63,974 nt of DNA, from the IMG/VR virus record IMGVR_UViG_3300036785_000518, positions 1-63,974 of that record, one strand, 5' to 3'. Made by a program: the position numbers and the translations under genes. Shown here one piece after another: positions 18,363 through 27,910 of this stretch. The notes beneath the pieces were generated by a model. The model made no database searches. It was not told the origin of the DNA and saw only the letters and a program-made list of their open reading frames with translations. The DNA is from a virus (lineage: Duplodnaviria; Caudoviricetes). How positions within the stretch are numbered: the stretch's first letter is position 1; each line of letters opens with the position of its first letter.

Positions 18363-21300
18363 ATGGCGCTGACGCAATCTCAAATTGATACGGAGATCAA
18401 TACGACACTGCCGTCGGGCAAGCCTGGCGGTATTTTGGCGGCCGATGTCCGCACGGTTTTACACGACATCAATGCGGCGGTGTTTTCTGGAACGGGCACG
18501 TCCGTTTCGACGATCGCTGCGATGCAGGGCATCGTCAGTCCTCATGACGGCGACGAGGTGTATGTGACCGACCCGCTAACGGGAGGGCCCTTCGTCTTCG
18601 AAACGGTGGACCACTCCATTGATGTGCTGCACGATCCTGGAAGAGGCATCTTTGCTTCACCGCTCGCCCCAGGTGATCCGACCGGCGCGGGCGGCGCTTG
18701 GAAGCGGCGGTACAGCGGGCCTGAGCGTCTTTCATGGTGGGGCGTCAAATCGGACGCCAAGGTGATCGACCCCTTCGGTTTAGACATGTTGCAGACGAAT
18801 GTCATAGCAACATCAGTGGGGGCGACGTATGGGGCTGGTGCCGTCGTCCGGCTTCAAGTCGTCTCGACGGCTGGAATCGCTACTGGCGATTATTGCTACG
18901 TCAACAATGTTACCGGCACCACGCAGGCCAATGGATCATGGAACGTCACCGTCATAGACCCTACTCATATTGATTTAAGTCACGGGAGCGGCACGAGCAC
19001 TGGCGCTTTGTGGGGCTCTGGCCCTGTCGGGTCCGGCGGCATCGTGCAGGACGGCGCGACGGCCGGTCCGCATATTCTTCCGGGCTTTACCGATAATACC
19101 CAGATGCTTAGCAATTGGCAGGTTTGGGCAATCTATCGATCTGCCAAGCCGAGCCCGGTGTTCGGTGCCGCATCCAGCGACGGCGGCACGACGACAACGC
19201 TAACGATCGGCAACGCTTGGCCTTTGTTGTCAGGCGAAACCGTCACGGTAGTCGGTGTTGCAGGAAGCGGTGGGTTTAATCCGAACGGAACTTGGACGGC
19301 CACATTCATTGATGGCACCCACATCAAGATACCATACGCATTTCCTGGTGGTGGGGCTTGGACGTCGGGTGGCTTCGTGCATGGATCTCGGGGCGGGCAT
19401 GATATCCATGTCATGGCCGATGACGGAACGGTATGCTGGCGCAGTGGAGGCACGGTCTCAAATATCACCAACTTGCCTCAGTTCGACGGCAGCGGTCAAT
19501 TCAGTGGTCTATCAGTCGGGCTTGCCACAACTAATTATTTATGGGTGGCTGGAATACTTAATTTGACCGTCGAATGCGACAACGGCAATTGCTCCTTTCA
19601 AAACACACTTGACATGGCGCATGGGGCATCGAGCGTTGGTGTGACGGTTGCATTTCCATCCCGCGGCACTGGGGCCGCCGGATATAACACGAGCTATTTG
19701 ATTAATCAAACGGTTCCAGGAACCAGGACGTTTAGCTTCGTCAATCCGGCTGACGCGGCTCACGTGTATCTCGGTCAGCGCGTAGTTTTGACGAGTTTTG
19801 ATACGCAATATCTAGGTGGGCCGCCTAATCCACAGTATTATGAATTCCATGAGGTCTCTGGAATTGATGTCGTAAATGGCATCGTTAGGGTTGTCGACGA
19901 CATTCAATATGAGCACCGCACCGATTTCCCGGATTTCAACCTAAGCGGTCCGGGTTATGCAATCGGACGTGCCCGCATGTGGATTCCGTATGGCTATTGG
20001 GGCAGGTACATACTCAAGAATATCGGCTGTAATGCAATGGTGGGCTATTTGAATGACCCGCAGACGCCAAATGTAAATTACGCCAACGTTAGTGGGTTTT
20101 ACGTAGAAACAAATAACTGGAGAGGAGTTTCGTTTTCTGAAAGTGGCGCACAAAGCATTATTCATTACAATTCAATTGAAAATTCGATTGGAGAGACGGA
20201 TAAGACTATTGATTCATTGACGCGTATAAATTGTCAAAACAAATATTCTGGGATGAGTTTGCAGAGCCCGTGCCCGAAGCGGTTGATTCTGGATGGGGGA
20301 GATTACGCTGCGCTCGTTGGACTTGGGCAGAATGTTGTGGCCAAAAACACCTATATTGGTCTACTACAAATGAGTTGCGCCTATGGGTATTCGGCAGGCG
20401 GTATATTTTCTGGATGCAAGATAACAAAGGTCAGTTCTTCAGGCATAATTGATGGTTCTCAACTTTGCCCCATTGGCCAAAACACGGTGGTAGGAGTTGG
20501 TGCCGGTGCGATCAATCCTGCAGGCGGCAATTACGTAAGGCTCACCGTCATCAACACGAGCCAGTTTCAGGTCACCGGTGCGCAAGGATACATGGTAAAT
20601 GTGTCGGGGGTGCAGGGGACTGGTACGCTTCCGGCTGCTACGAACGGCGTATGGAGCGTGTTTATCGTAGACGGGACGCATATTGATCTGGTGGGATCGA
20701 CCTTCCCTGTAGGGCAGACGTGGACATCGGGCGGAAGCCAGCAGGTGGAGAATACTGCCCAGGTCAAAGTGACGGGTGCGAGTGTCGTCAGCTCTCATGT
20801 TCGCTTGACTGTTCCGTCCACAAAGATGGCGGTTGGGGATACGCTGACGATATTCGGAATCGTCGGTGCGGTCGAGGCCAACGGCACGCAGGTGATTTTT
20901 GCTATTCCTGATCCCACCCATGTCGACTTGGTATTGGCGACTTGCAGCACCTACGTGTCGGGCGGCGTCGTTCAAGACGCCAGTCTGATGACTATTACCG
21001 GCGCGGTCAGCAGCACCGGAGCGGCCGGTGGCTTGGTCCGTATCACAATGAGCGCAGCGGCTGTCGGGCGGTTACGGACCGGTGATTATATCCAGGTGGC
21101 CGGAGTTCAGATGACGGGATCGACCGTCATCAACGGAACCTGGCCGGTTTCAAAATTCAGCTCGACGCAAGTTGATCTCTTGGGCACCAACTTCCTTGCC
21201 GGTGATGCCTACGTCCCAGGAGGGTCATTTACAGGTTCAATCATCGGCAACACGCTGACGGTGAGTAGCAACACGGGAATTGCGCCTGGACAGGTTCTTC

Positions 21301-22262
21301 TGGGCGCCGGCATTGCCAATGGGACGACGATTCTTGCATACAATAGTGGAACTTCGTGGGCGGTCTCGATTCCGCAAACGATTGCAAGCGAGGCCATGAC
21401 GACCGCGGGAGCGGTGCAATTTTTCTCCGGGGCGACGTTCGCTGATGGCGTGATCTCACTTAGCAAAGCCGGAATGAGTTATGCGCTGTCCCTAACTTGG
21501 AGCGCTTGGGTGCCGGGGCAATTCTTCGGTGTTCAAGGTCAGGCCGGGTACAACTTTGCGGTCTCAACTTATTCTGGCCTTGGCATGGTCAGACAGATCA
21601 CCGAGGACCCGATCAATATCTACATAATCACCGATCTTCCTTACGAGACGCTGCCGTCGTGGGCTCTTGCTAATGCTATAGGATATCCACAAGTTTTTAA
21701 CTTCCGTGTTGGTGACGTGAGATTTGATAACTGCTGGGGTGGCCCTCATGCCAAGGCATTTTCTCTCGCATGCGCTCGTGGGCACGCGTATTATGAGGAT
21801 GTTGAATACACATTTTCCGATCCGGTATCGGCTAGCCTTACGTATCCAAGCGGCGAGATTACTGCGCTTGAAATAAATGTTTTTAAGCCATCGCCAACAA
21901 CTTGGAACCTTCAACTTCTGACTGCCGATGTCAGGTCTGGTCTTGTATTGGATGGGGCTGGTCAGGGATTGCAGATTAGCATCAATGGTTCGGTCACTGG
22001 CAAGCGTCGCTTGACGGAAGACGGAAGTATTCTTTTAAGTGGAGACACATTCACCGTCGCCGGCAGCGGGGCCGCCGCGATACCGCTAGGGCGTATTGTG
22101 GCCAATTCAACTATATTAGGTGGGTTGGTGTCGAATTATTATATGTCCCCAATCATGACAGTGCGTTACATAAGCGACGGCGGCATTGCCAGGAGGGGGC
22201 TCGGTTATCTAAAAGACGCCAGTGGTAACACTCTCGTCACCATGAAGGGTACGCCACCATGA
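18363..22262 (+). CDS. 1299-aa fiber/spike-like structural protein with repeated beta modules
   Basis: G/T/S/V-rich; GAWKR..WWG tailspike-type N-terminus; five NGxWxV..D.THIDL modules; lower GC. Confidence 0.7.
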   Translation: MALTQSQIDTEINTTLPSGKPGGILAADVRTVLHDINAAVFSGTGTSVSTIAAMQGIVSPHDGDEVYVTDPLTGGPFVFETVDHSIDVLHDPGRGIFASPLAPGDPTGAGGAWKRRYSGPERLSWWGVKSDAKVIDPFGLDMLQTNVIATSVGATYGAGAVVRLQVVSTAGIATGDYCYVNNVTGTTQANGSWNVTVIDPTHIDLSHGSGTSTGALWGSGPVGSGGIVQDGATAGPHILPGFTDNTQMLSNWQVWAIYRSAKPSPVFGAASSDGGTTTTLTIGNAWPLLSGETVTVVGVAGSGGFNPNGTWTATFIDGTHIKIPYAFPGGGAWTSGGFVHGSRGGHDIHVMADDGTVCWRSGGTVSNITNLPQFDGSGQFSGLSVGLATTNYLWVAGILNLTVECDNGNCSFQNTLDMAHGASSVGVTVAFPSRGTGAAGYNTSYLINQTVPGTRTFSFVNPADAAHVYLGQRVVLTSFDTQYLGGPPNPQYYEFHEVSGIDVVNGIVRVVDDIQYEHRTDFPDFNLSGPGYAIGRARMWIPYGYWGRYILKNIGCNAMVGYLNDPQTPNVNYANVSGFYVETNNWRGVSFSESGAQSIIHYNSIENSIGETDKTIDSLTRINCQNKYSGMSLQSPCPKRLILDGGDYAALVGLGQNVVAKNTYIGLLQMSCAYGYSAGGIFSGCKITKVSSSGIIDGSQLCPIGQNTVVGVGAGAINPAGGNYVRLTVINTSQFQVTGAQGYMVNVSGVQGTGTLPAATNGVWSVFIVDGTHIDLVGSTFPVGQTWTSGGSQQVENTAQVKVTGASVVSSHVRLTVPSTKMAVGDTLTIFGIVGAVEANGTQVIFAIPDPTHVDLVLATCSTYVSGGVVQDASLMTITGAVSSTGAAGGLVRITMSAAAVGRLRTGDYIQVAGVQMTGSTVINGTWPVSKFSSTQVDLLGTNFLAGDAYVPGGSFTGSIIGNTLTVSSNTGIAPGQVLLGAGIANGTTILAYNSGTSWAVSIPQTIASEAMTTAGAVQFFSGATFADGVISLSKAGMSYALSLTWSAWVPGQFFGVQGQAGYNFAVSTYSGLGMVRQITEDPINIYIITDLPYETLPSWALANAIGYPQVFNFRVGDVRFDNCWGGPHAKAFSLACARGHAYYEDVEYTFSDPVSASLTYPSGEITALEINVFKPSPTTWNLQLLTADVRSGLVLDGAGQGLQISINGSVTGKRRLTEDGSILLSGDTFTVAGSGAAAIPLGRIVANSTILGGLVSNYYMSPIMTVRYISDGGIARRGLGYLKDASGNTLVTMKGTPP

Positions 22263-22483
22263 TCGATCTCGATGCAATAGAGCTTCGCAGGCTGGTGCTG
22301 CGGCAAGCCGTAGCCGGTCCAAGAGCGTCGTTTGCGATTCGCCCTTGCGGGTCGATGTGTGATCACAAGCCGATCGACCAAATGCCAGATCTCTTTATTT
22401 GTCGTGAGTGCAAATACGCAATGCGTTGGAAAGACTGGATATATTCGCCGCAAGTATGTCGTCGTCAGGCGGTACCGAAATGA
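22259..22483 (+). CDS. small Zn-finger protein
   Basis: DLFICRECKYAMRWKDW. Confidence 0.5.
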   Translation: MIDLDAIELRRLVLRQAVAGPRASFAIRPCGSMCDHKPIDQMPDLFICRECKYAMRWKDWIYSPQVCRRQAVPK

Positions 22484-22602
22484 CCATCAATGATCCGCTT
22501 GACGTGCTTGATGATCTGTATACCTGCCGCGACTGCAACATGAAAATGACGTGGAAGGAGTGGAATTATTTTTCGGCTCTCTGCTACCGAAAGCAACCGT
22601 GA
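22480..22602 (+). CDS. small Zn-finger protein, paralog of the upstream gene
   Basis: DLYTCRDCNMKMTWKEW. Confidence 0.5.
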   Translation: MTINDPLDVLDDLYTCRDCNMKMTWKEWNYFSALCYRKQP

Positions 22603-23705
22603 TGGCCACTAAATTTGCCTCCGACTTGGACGTGACCCTGAGTGGGCCAGTCACGCTCGGAAAGCCATCGAGCGGCACGGGCTTGCTACAACTGGCTCAT
22701 GCGAGCAGTTCGTTTCTGACGACGATCAAGGCGGGCAACGCCGCTGCGGCCGCGTCTTATACCTGGCCGACAAATGTCGGCGCTGCTGGAAGCACACTCA
22801 CGGACGCAGCTGGGACTGGTGTGCTCAGTTGGGTGGTACCCACTGGCGGCGGCGGTGGCATTTCAAATTTCGGCACGCCAGCGCTGGGTCAGGCCGGAGT
22901 CTGGCATGATGCTACGCATCTTTCCGGTACCGATACTCCAACGTGGGCTGGTCTTCATACATTCAATGCCGGTCTGATGACCGCGCTGGATGTCAAGATC
23001 GGCATCGGCAATCCTTCGCCCCAACAAGCTCTTGAGATTTCAGCGTCTGGTGCAGGAACGACAACCGGCGCTGCTAATATAAGAATGTCGTATAGCGGTG
23101 GGCCAACAACTTATTATAGCGAGATAACGAACTTTTTTTCAGGCACTCTCGGTAGCGGGAATATGATTTTCAATGTTCATGGTGTCGGTGGGATTGTCAA
23201 CCCATTGACGCTAAGCGACGACAACAAGGTTTATATTAACGGCACTCCTATTTTCAAAACACATTTCACACTTAGCTCGGCTACTGTACCTGCGGCTCCG
23301 AACGCATATATTAGAATGGACGAGTGGACTACGTTTAGTGCCGTTCCGATGCTGAGCTTCAGCGCATCTGGTGGGACTGGCCATTTTATTCTATCGACAT
23401 GGGACGGTAGTTTTGACGAAAGGAATAACATACAGCTATCCGTGTATGGGGTCATCAGTGCGGTGAATAAGATCGCTCTGACGGCTCAAGGTGATGGATC
23501 GGTGGTGATTCCAAAGTTGGGGGTAGGCACGACGATCGGAACATCGCCAGCACAAGCTCTTCAGATAGCAAGCGGCGGCCATCTGCAATTGGGCAACGCG
23601 GCAGCCACCGGATTGACGGCGGGCGCGCTTGCCGGAACGACGAACGCTTCGATCGTGATAAAGGACAGCACCGGCCAATCGTATAGGATTCCGTGCATCA
23701 TATGA
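22602..23705 (+). CDS. fiber-like structural protein
   Basis: DAAGTGVLSW, KIGIGNPSPQQALEI, KLGVGT fiber-shaft motifs. Confidence 0.65.
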   Translation: MATKFASDLDVTLSGPVTLGKPSSGTGLLQLAHASSSFLTTIKAGNAAAAASYTWPTNVGAAGSTLTDAAGTGVLSWVVPTGGGGGISNFGTPALGQAGVWHDATHLSGTDTPTWAGLHTFNAGLMTALDVKIGIGNPSPQQALEISASGAGTTTGAANIRMSYSGGPTTYYSEITNFFSGTLGSGNMIFNVHGVGGIVNPLTLSDDNKVYINGTPIFKTHFTLSSATVPAAPNAYIRMDEWTTFSAVPMLSFSASGGTGHFILSTWDGSFDERNNIQLSVYGVISAVNKIALTAQGDGSVVIPKLGVGTTIGTSPAQALQIASGGHLQLGNAAATGLTAGALAGTTNASIVIKDSTGQSYRIPCII

Positions 23706-23884
23706 CGAAAGAACAGTTTATCATCAGGGCTCTTGTCGAGCAGCGGAACAGACTGGCGGACGAGTTGGTCGAGTTTGCCGCGCAGGCGAACCTGAAAGTC
23801 GCAGAGCTAGAAGCAAAGCTCAAAGAGCTTGAAACGAAGCCAGTGGACGCGTTAGTCGCAAACGACACGCCACGAGTGGAGTAA
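23702..23884 (+). CDS. small coiled-coil protein, possible fiber chaperone
   Basis: ALVEQRN..LKVAELEAKLKELE directly after fiber gene. Confidence 0.5.
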   Translation: MTKEQFIIRALVEQRNRLADELVEFAAQANLKVAELEAKLKELETKPVDALVANDTPRVE

Positions 23885-24100
23885 AGGCGCTGGCGAGCTA
23901 CAGCCACGACCTTCATGCGTTGGCGATCAGCTTGGCGCAGGTAATCGACGCGCTTTACGACGATCCGCAGATACCGCTGCGCACGCGTGAGCGCCGGGTG
24001 GCGCTGGTGTCTGAGCACATGGAGGAGCTGCTGCGGGCCCACCGCAAAGAGATCGCGCAACTGCGTGCCGAGATTGCTATCCTGCGGAAGGAGGAAACCA

Positions 24101-24454
24101 ATGCGTAACATTCGTGCGACTCTGTTGGCGTTGGCGCTGGCGGCCTGTAGCGGCGGCAGCACCATCAATGTCGGTGACATCGTCACTAAGGTTCAGCAGG
24201 CCTGCGGTTTCGTCACCAAGTGGCAGGACATTGCCAAGGTGATCTCGACCATCGTCGCGGGCTTCAATCCAGATGCGGGCGACAAGGCGAGCGTTCCCAT
24301 CGGTATCGCCAACACGGTGATCGACGCCGTGTGCGGGGCGCTGAAGAACAAGGCCGCCACCGCGACGCAGCAGTCGATCACGCCGACCAGCGCCTCGGTT
24401 GTCGTCAACGGCGTTCCGGTGAGTGGGCACATGGTGGACGCCAGCGGGAAATAA
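24101..24454 (+). CDS. putative lipoprotein
   Basis: GGAGG RBS; lipobox LAAC. Confidence 0.65.
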   Translation: MRNIRATLLALALAACSGGSTINVGDIVTKVQQACGFVTKWQDIAKVISTIVAGFNPDAGDKASVPIGIANTVIDAVCGALKNKAATATQQSITPTSASVVVNGVPVSGHMVDASGK

Positions 24455-24496
24455 AGGACGCCTCCCGGACTTACGCTCGTTTGGCCGGGATTGACT

Positions 24497-24534
24497 GGCG
24501 GCCGACCACGGCTTCCACCGCGGCCGCCTTTTTT
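24497..24534 (+). terminator. intrinsic terminator
   Basis: GGCGGCCG...CGGCCGCC followed by TTTTTT. Confidence 0.6.
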
Positions 24535-24739
24535 ATCCGCCGCAAAGGGCCACATGGCTGTTGCTGCCAGCAGCGATAAGAAGGTGAGCGAGCATGACTG
24601 TGGCGACCGTGCCGATCTGCGACAGCTGCTGGCGCTTGCAGGAAGGCGAGCGTGAGGCGGTTCGGTTCAACTATCAGGGCGACATCTGGTGCACCTCGGT
24701 TAGTTCCAACAACGTCATCACTTTCTTTGAGTTATACTA

Positions 24740-24991
24740 ATGTTCACGACATTGATTGCTGGCCTGTGCGCCGTGGTGATCGATCACGCAGGCTTTGCGC
24801 TGGTCGGTATCGGCACCATCAAAGGGCAAACATGTGAGTTCGTGCTCATGCTGCAGGATAACATGACGACTCCGGTGATCGAGGACGAGCGCCTCGGGCA
24901 CCACCGATTCGGCGTGCGCATCGGCACCTACGCGGCGATCGTCAACGTCGACGAGCTGGAGTTTCGCGTGCCGCGTGGCGAGGCGCTGTGA
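24740..24991 (+). CDS. hypothetical protein
   Basis: coupled ORF. Confidence 0.45.
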   Translation: MFTTLIAGLCAVVIDHAGFALVGIGTIKGQTCEFVLMLQDNMTTPVIEDERLGHHRFGVRIGTYAAIVNVDELEFRVPRGEAL

Positions 24992-25305
24992 CCATGCATG
25001 AGCTGAAGGTCTGGCCCGAGTTTTTCGAGCCGCTGCAGAGCGGCGTGAAGACATTCGATCTGCGCAGAAACGACCGCGGCTTCAAGCTCGGCGACATGCT
25101 GCACTTGCGGGAGTGGTCGCCTGATTCTCCGGGCGGTTATACCGGTCGCGAGTTGCACAAGCGCATTTGTTACAAGCTCGATGGTGTTGGCACTGGTGCA
25201 ATCAGTCCGCTGATCGGACTGCTGCGCGGCTACTGCATTCTCGGGCTGATGGACGTGACTTCAGGTTACCCACGCACGCCGCCGACCAGCGAGCAGCGGT
25301 CGTAA
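24988..25305 (+). CDS. DUF3850 / ASCH-PUA domain protein
   Basis: HELKVWPEFF..GVKTFDLRRNDRGFKLGDML.LREW. Confidence 0.85.
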   Translation: MTMHELKVWPEFFEPLQSGVKTFDLRRNDRGFKLGDMLHLREWSPDSPGGYTGRELHKRICYKLDGVGTGAISPLIGLLRGYCILGLMDVTSGYPRTPPTSEQRS

Positions 25306-25306
25306 C

Positions 25307-25660
25307 ATGGTCTCCTATGTTTCGGTCGGGGCCATCCTGATCATTTTCAACATTTGCGTGGCCGCGTTTTGCAGCAGCCATAGTAGCGATCATAAGAAGT
25401 TTGCGTTGCGCCGCCTGCGTGAAGCAGCTCGGCGCAAGCGCCGTATGCGCAAGGCGGCAGATTCGCCGCGGCTGCCGAGGCATTTGGTGATGGCGACCCA
25501 ACCGCCTGCTGACGACGGCTACGACCCTACCGACGATCTGCGCAAGAGCATCGAGTTCGCCTATACGGCCATCCGCGAGCGCGTCGCCGCTGGTGGCAAG
25601 GGTTGGAGTGGTTGGCCCGCACCGGATGATCATGTGAAAGGGACTGCGGAGGATGGTTGA
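25307..25660 (+). CDS. hypothetical membrane-anchored protein
   Basis: N-terminal hydrophobic helix, overlaps portal start. Confidence 0.4.
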   Translation: MVSYVSVGAILIIFNICVAAFCSSHSSDHKKFALRRLREAARRKRRMRKAADSPRLPRHLVMATQPPADDGYDPTDDLRKSIEFAYTAIRERVAAGGKGWSGWPAPDDHVKGTAEDG

Positions 25661-27227
25661 TCTGTCTAACATTGTCCGCTTCCCGCGCGCCTTCTTCAGC
25701 GGGCTGACATCCGACAGCTTCCAAAATTTCCTCGCCGGCTTTGGTGTGCCCGGCCGCGACAAAGCAACAGCTCAAACATGGTGGTTATGCCCGCTCGGCA
25801 CCGACCAGTTGGAGGCCGCGTATCGCGGCGACTGGGCGGCGCGCAAGATCATCGACATTCCCGCTTTCGACATGACGCGCGCGTGGCGCCAGTGGCAGGC
25901 GAGCAAGGAGCAGGTCACGAAGATCGAAGACACCGAGCGGATGTTCAACATCCCCGGCAAGATGATGGACGCCCTGGTGAAGGCGCGCCTCTATGGTGGC
26001 GCCGCGATGATCATGGGCGTCGACTGCGGATCGTTCCAGGATGAGCTGGACCTCGACGCGATCAAGCAGGGCGATCTCAAGTTCGTGCACGTTGTCAGCA
26101 AAAACTTCCTCGCCGCTGGCCCGATGGTGCGCGAGATCACATCGACGTGGTACGGCGAGCCGACTTGGTACATGCGGGCCAACACCGTCACCACCGATCC
26201 GCCCGACCCGCGCATTGCCAATGTCGGTCTGCCGACGCTGGGGCAAGCGCCAGGCGATGCGATCTACATTCATCCATCGCGGGTGATTCGTCTGGTCGGC
26301 GCCGCCTATCCAGACCTTGAGACCGCGCAGGACGCGTGGGGCGACAGCGTGTTGCAGGTGGTGCAGGACGCGCTCAAGTTCGCTGGCATGGCGTCGTCCT
26401 CGATCGCGGCGATGATCGCCGAGGCCAAGCTCGATATCTTCAAGGTGCCGAACCTCACCGCCAAGATGATGACGGCGGAAGGCACGCAAGAGCTGTTCAA
26501 TCGGTTCAGCCAGGGCAACGTCGGCAAGAGCACGATCAATGCGCTGCTGGTCGATCTGGCCGAAGAGTTCGAGCGCATCACGCCGCAGCTATCGAACTAC
26601 GACAAGGTGATCTCGATCTATTACATGCTGGCGTGTGCCGCGGCGGACATCCCGGCGACGCGCTTCATGGGTAAGTCGCCTGACGGCATGAATGCGACCG
26701 GCGAGAGCGACATCAGAAATTACTACGATCGTCTGTCGTCCGATCAAAAAGTTAAATACACGCCGCTACTCACGCGGCTCGACGAGGTGCTGATCAGGAC
26801 GACGTTCGGCTCGCGCGACAAGACCATTCGCTACGATTGGAATCCGCTGTGGCAACTGTCGGCGGTTGAGAAGGCCGACATGAACCTGAAAGCGTCGCAA
26901 GCGCATCAGATCGACGTCAACGCAGGGATCATCTCACCCCACGTATTGCAGACCGGGCGGCAGAATTTCTTGATGGAGGATGGCTTTCTCTATCCTGGAA
27001 TTGAGCAGGCGATCGACGAAGAGGACGAGTGGGACGCCGAAGAGGGCATGCAGCTCGGCATGTCTGGCGGCATGCTCGATCCCAACGATCCCAATGTTAT
27101 CGAGCACAAGGCGTCGACCGGAGCAAAGTACGCGCCGCCACCACCGCAAGAGCCACCAAAAGGGCAGGGGCAGCCTCCGCAAGGGCAGCCGCCGCCACCA
27201 AAAGATAACGGCGGAAATGGCCGTTAG
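25653..27227 (+). CDS. portal protein (DUF1073-like)
   Basis: ARKIIDIPAFDMTRAW, ARLYGGA, IHPSRV, AADIPATRFMGKSPDGMNATGESDIRNYYD. Confidence 0.92.
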   Translation: MVDLSNIVRFPRAFFSGLTSDSFQNFLAGFGVPGRDKATAQTWWLCPLGTDQLEAAYRGDWAARKIIDIPAFDMTRAWRQWQASKEQVTKIEDTERMFNIPGKMMDALVKARLYGGAAMIMGVDCGSFQDELDLDAIKQGDLKFVHVVSKNFLAAGPMVREITSTWYGEPTWYMRANTVTTDPPDPRIANVGLPTLGQAPGDAIYIHPSRVIRLVGAAYPDLETAQDAWGDSVLQVVQDALKFAGMASSSIAAMIAEAKLDIFKVPNLTAKMMTAEGTQELFNRFSQGNVGKSTINALLVDLAEEFERITPQLSNYDKVISIYYMLACAAADIPATRFMGKSPDGMNATGESDIRNYYDRLSSDQKVKYTPLLTRLDEVLIRTTFGSRDKTIRYDWNPLWQLSAVEKADMNLKASQAHQIDVNAGIISPHVLQTGRQNFLMEDGFLYPGIEQAIDEEDEWDAEEGMQLGMSGGMLDPNDPNVIEHKASTGAKYAPPPPQEPPKGQGQPPQGQPPPPKDNGGNGR

Positions 27228-27274
27228 CGGCTCGGCGTCCTGCTCATGGGGCGCCGGGGTTTCCTCCCATGACT

Positions 27275-27305
27275 TAGGAGGTGTTGACGCATCTCCTACT
27301 TTTTT
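27275..27305 (+). terminator. intrinsic terminator after portal
   Basis: TAGGAGGTGT-tgac-GCATCTCCTA then CTTTTTT. Confidence 0.55.
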
Positions 27306-27390
27306 CTTCTATAGAAGAAATCGAAGCTTGTGAGGACCGAGAAAAAATACGACTACACGTCTTCAACCGATTCCAAGAAAGTTCTCAGAT

Positions 27391-27909
27391 ATGACGTATA
27401 CAAAACATCATTATTATATGTACTTTAGAAACATGATAACGAGGTCTATAAGGGACGGACTTCCTTGTAAATACAATAGAGGTGCAGAAATGTTTTATCA
27501 ATTTTTAGAAGATGTAGGACAAATACAAAAAGGCATGGAGACTCCGACAATTGGCAGAAAAGATCACAACAAAGGATATATCTTCGATACAAAGAGTAAT
27601 AGACTGAATTTCGCATGGCAATCAATGATTGATAACAAAAGAGAGTCGGCACTTAGAGCGGCTGCGCTTGGAAAGACACCTTTGCAAACCGCGACTAAAG
27701 AACAGCGTTCAGAACGTGGACGTAAATCAGCTGAACATCACAATCATGTTAATAAGCAAGAGTATACTCGTTATTCGTGTGGACTTACTGGTAAAGGGGC
27801 TAATATGCTTCGCTACCATTTTGATAATTGTAAAAGAAGGTATATTCATATGATTGAATATATGAAGCCTATTGAACATCCTCAGATGATGTTGTCCTTC
27901 GGTAGTTGA
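27391..27909 (+). CDS. AT-rich HNH-type homing endonuclease, possibly degenerate
   Basis: FLEDVG..TIGRKDHNKGY..NFAWQSMIDN; RYHFDNCK tail. Confidence 0.65.
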   Translation: MTYTKHHYYMYFRNMITRSIRDGLPCKYNRGAEMFYQFLEDVGQIQKGMETPTIGRKDHNKGYIFDTKSNRLNFAWQSMIDNKRESALRAAALGKTPLQTATKEQRSERGRKSAEHHNHVNKQEYTRYSCGLTGKGANMLRYHFDNCKRRYIHMIEYMKPIEHPQMMLSFGS

Positions 27910-27910
27910 A

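Noticed and set aside
18363-23705. diversity-generating retroelement acting on fibers
   Set aside because: no reverse transcriptase and no template/variable repeat pair seen in this window
25653-27227. anti-CBASS Acb1 label sometimes attached to DUF1073 proteins
   Set aside because: size, motifs and position identify a portal; no HxT phosphoesterase motifs recognised
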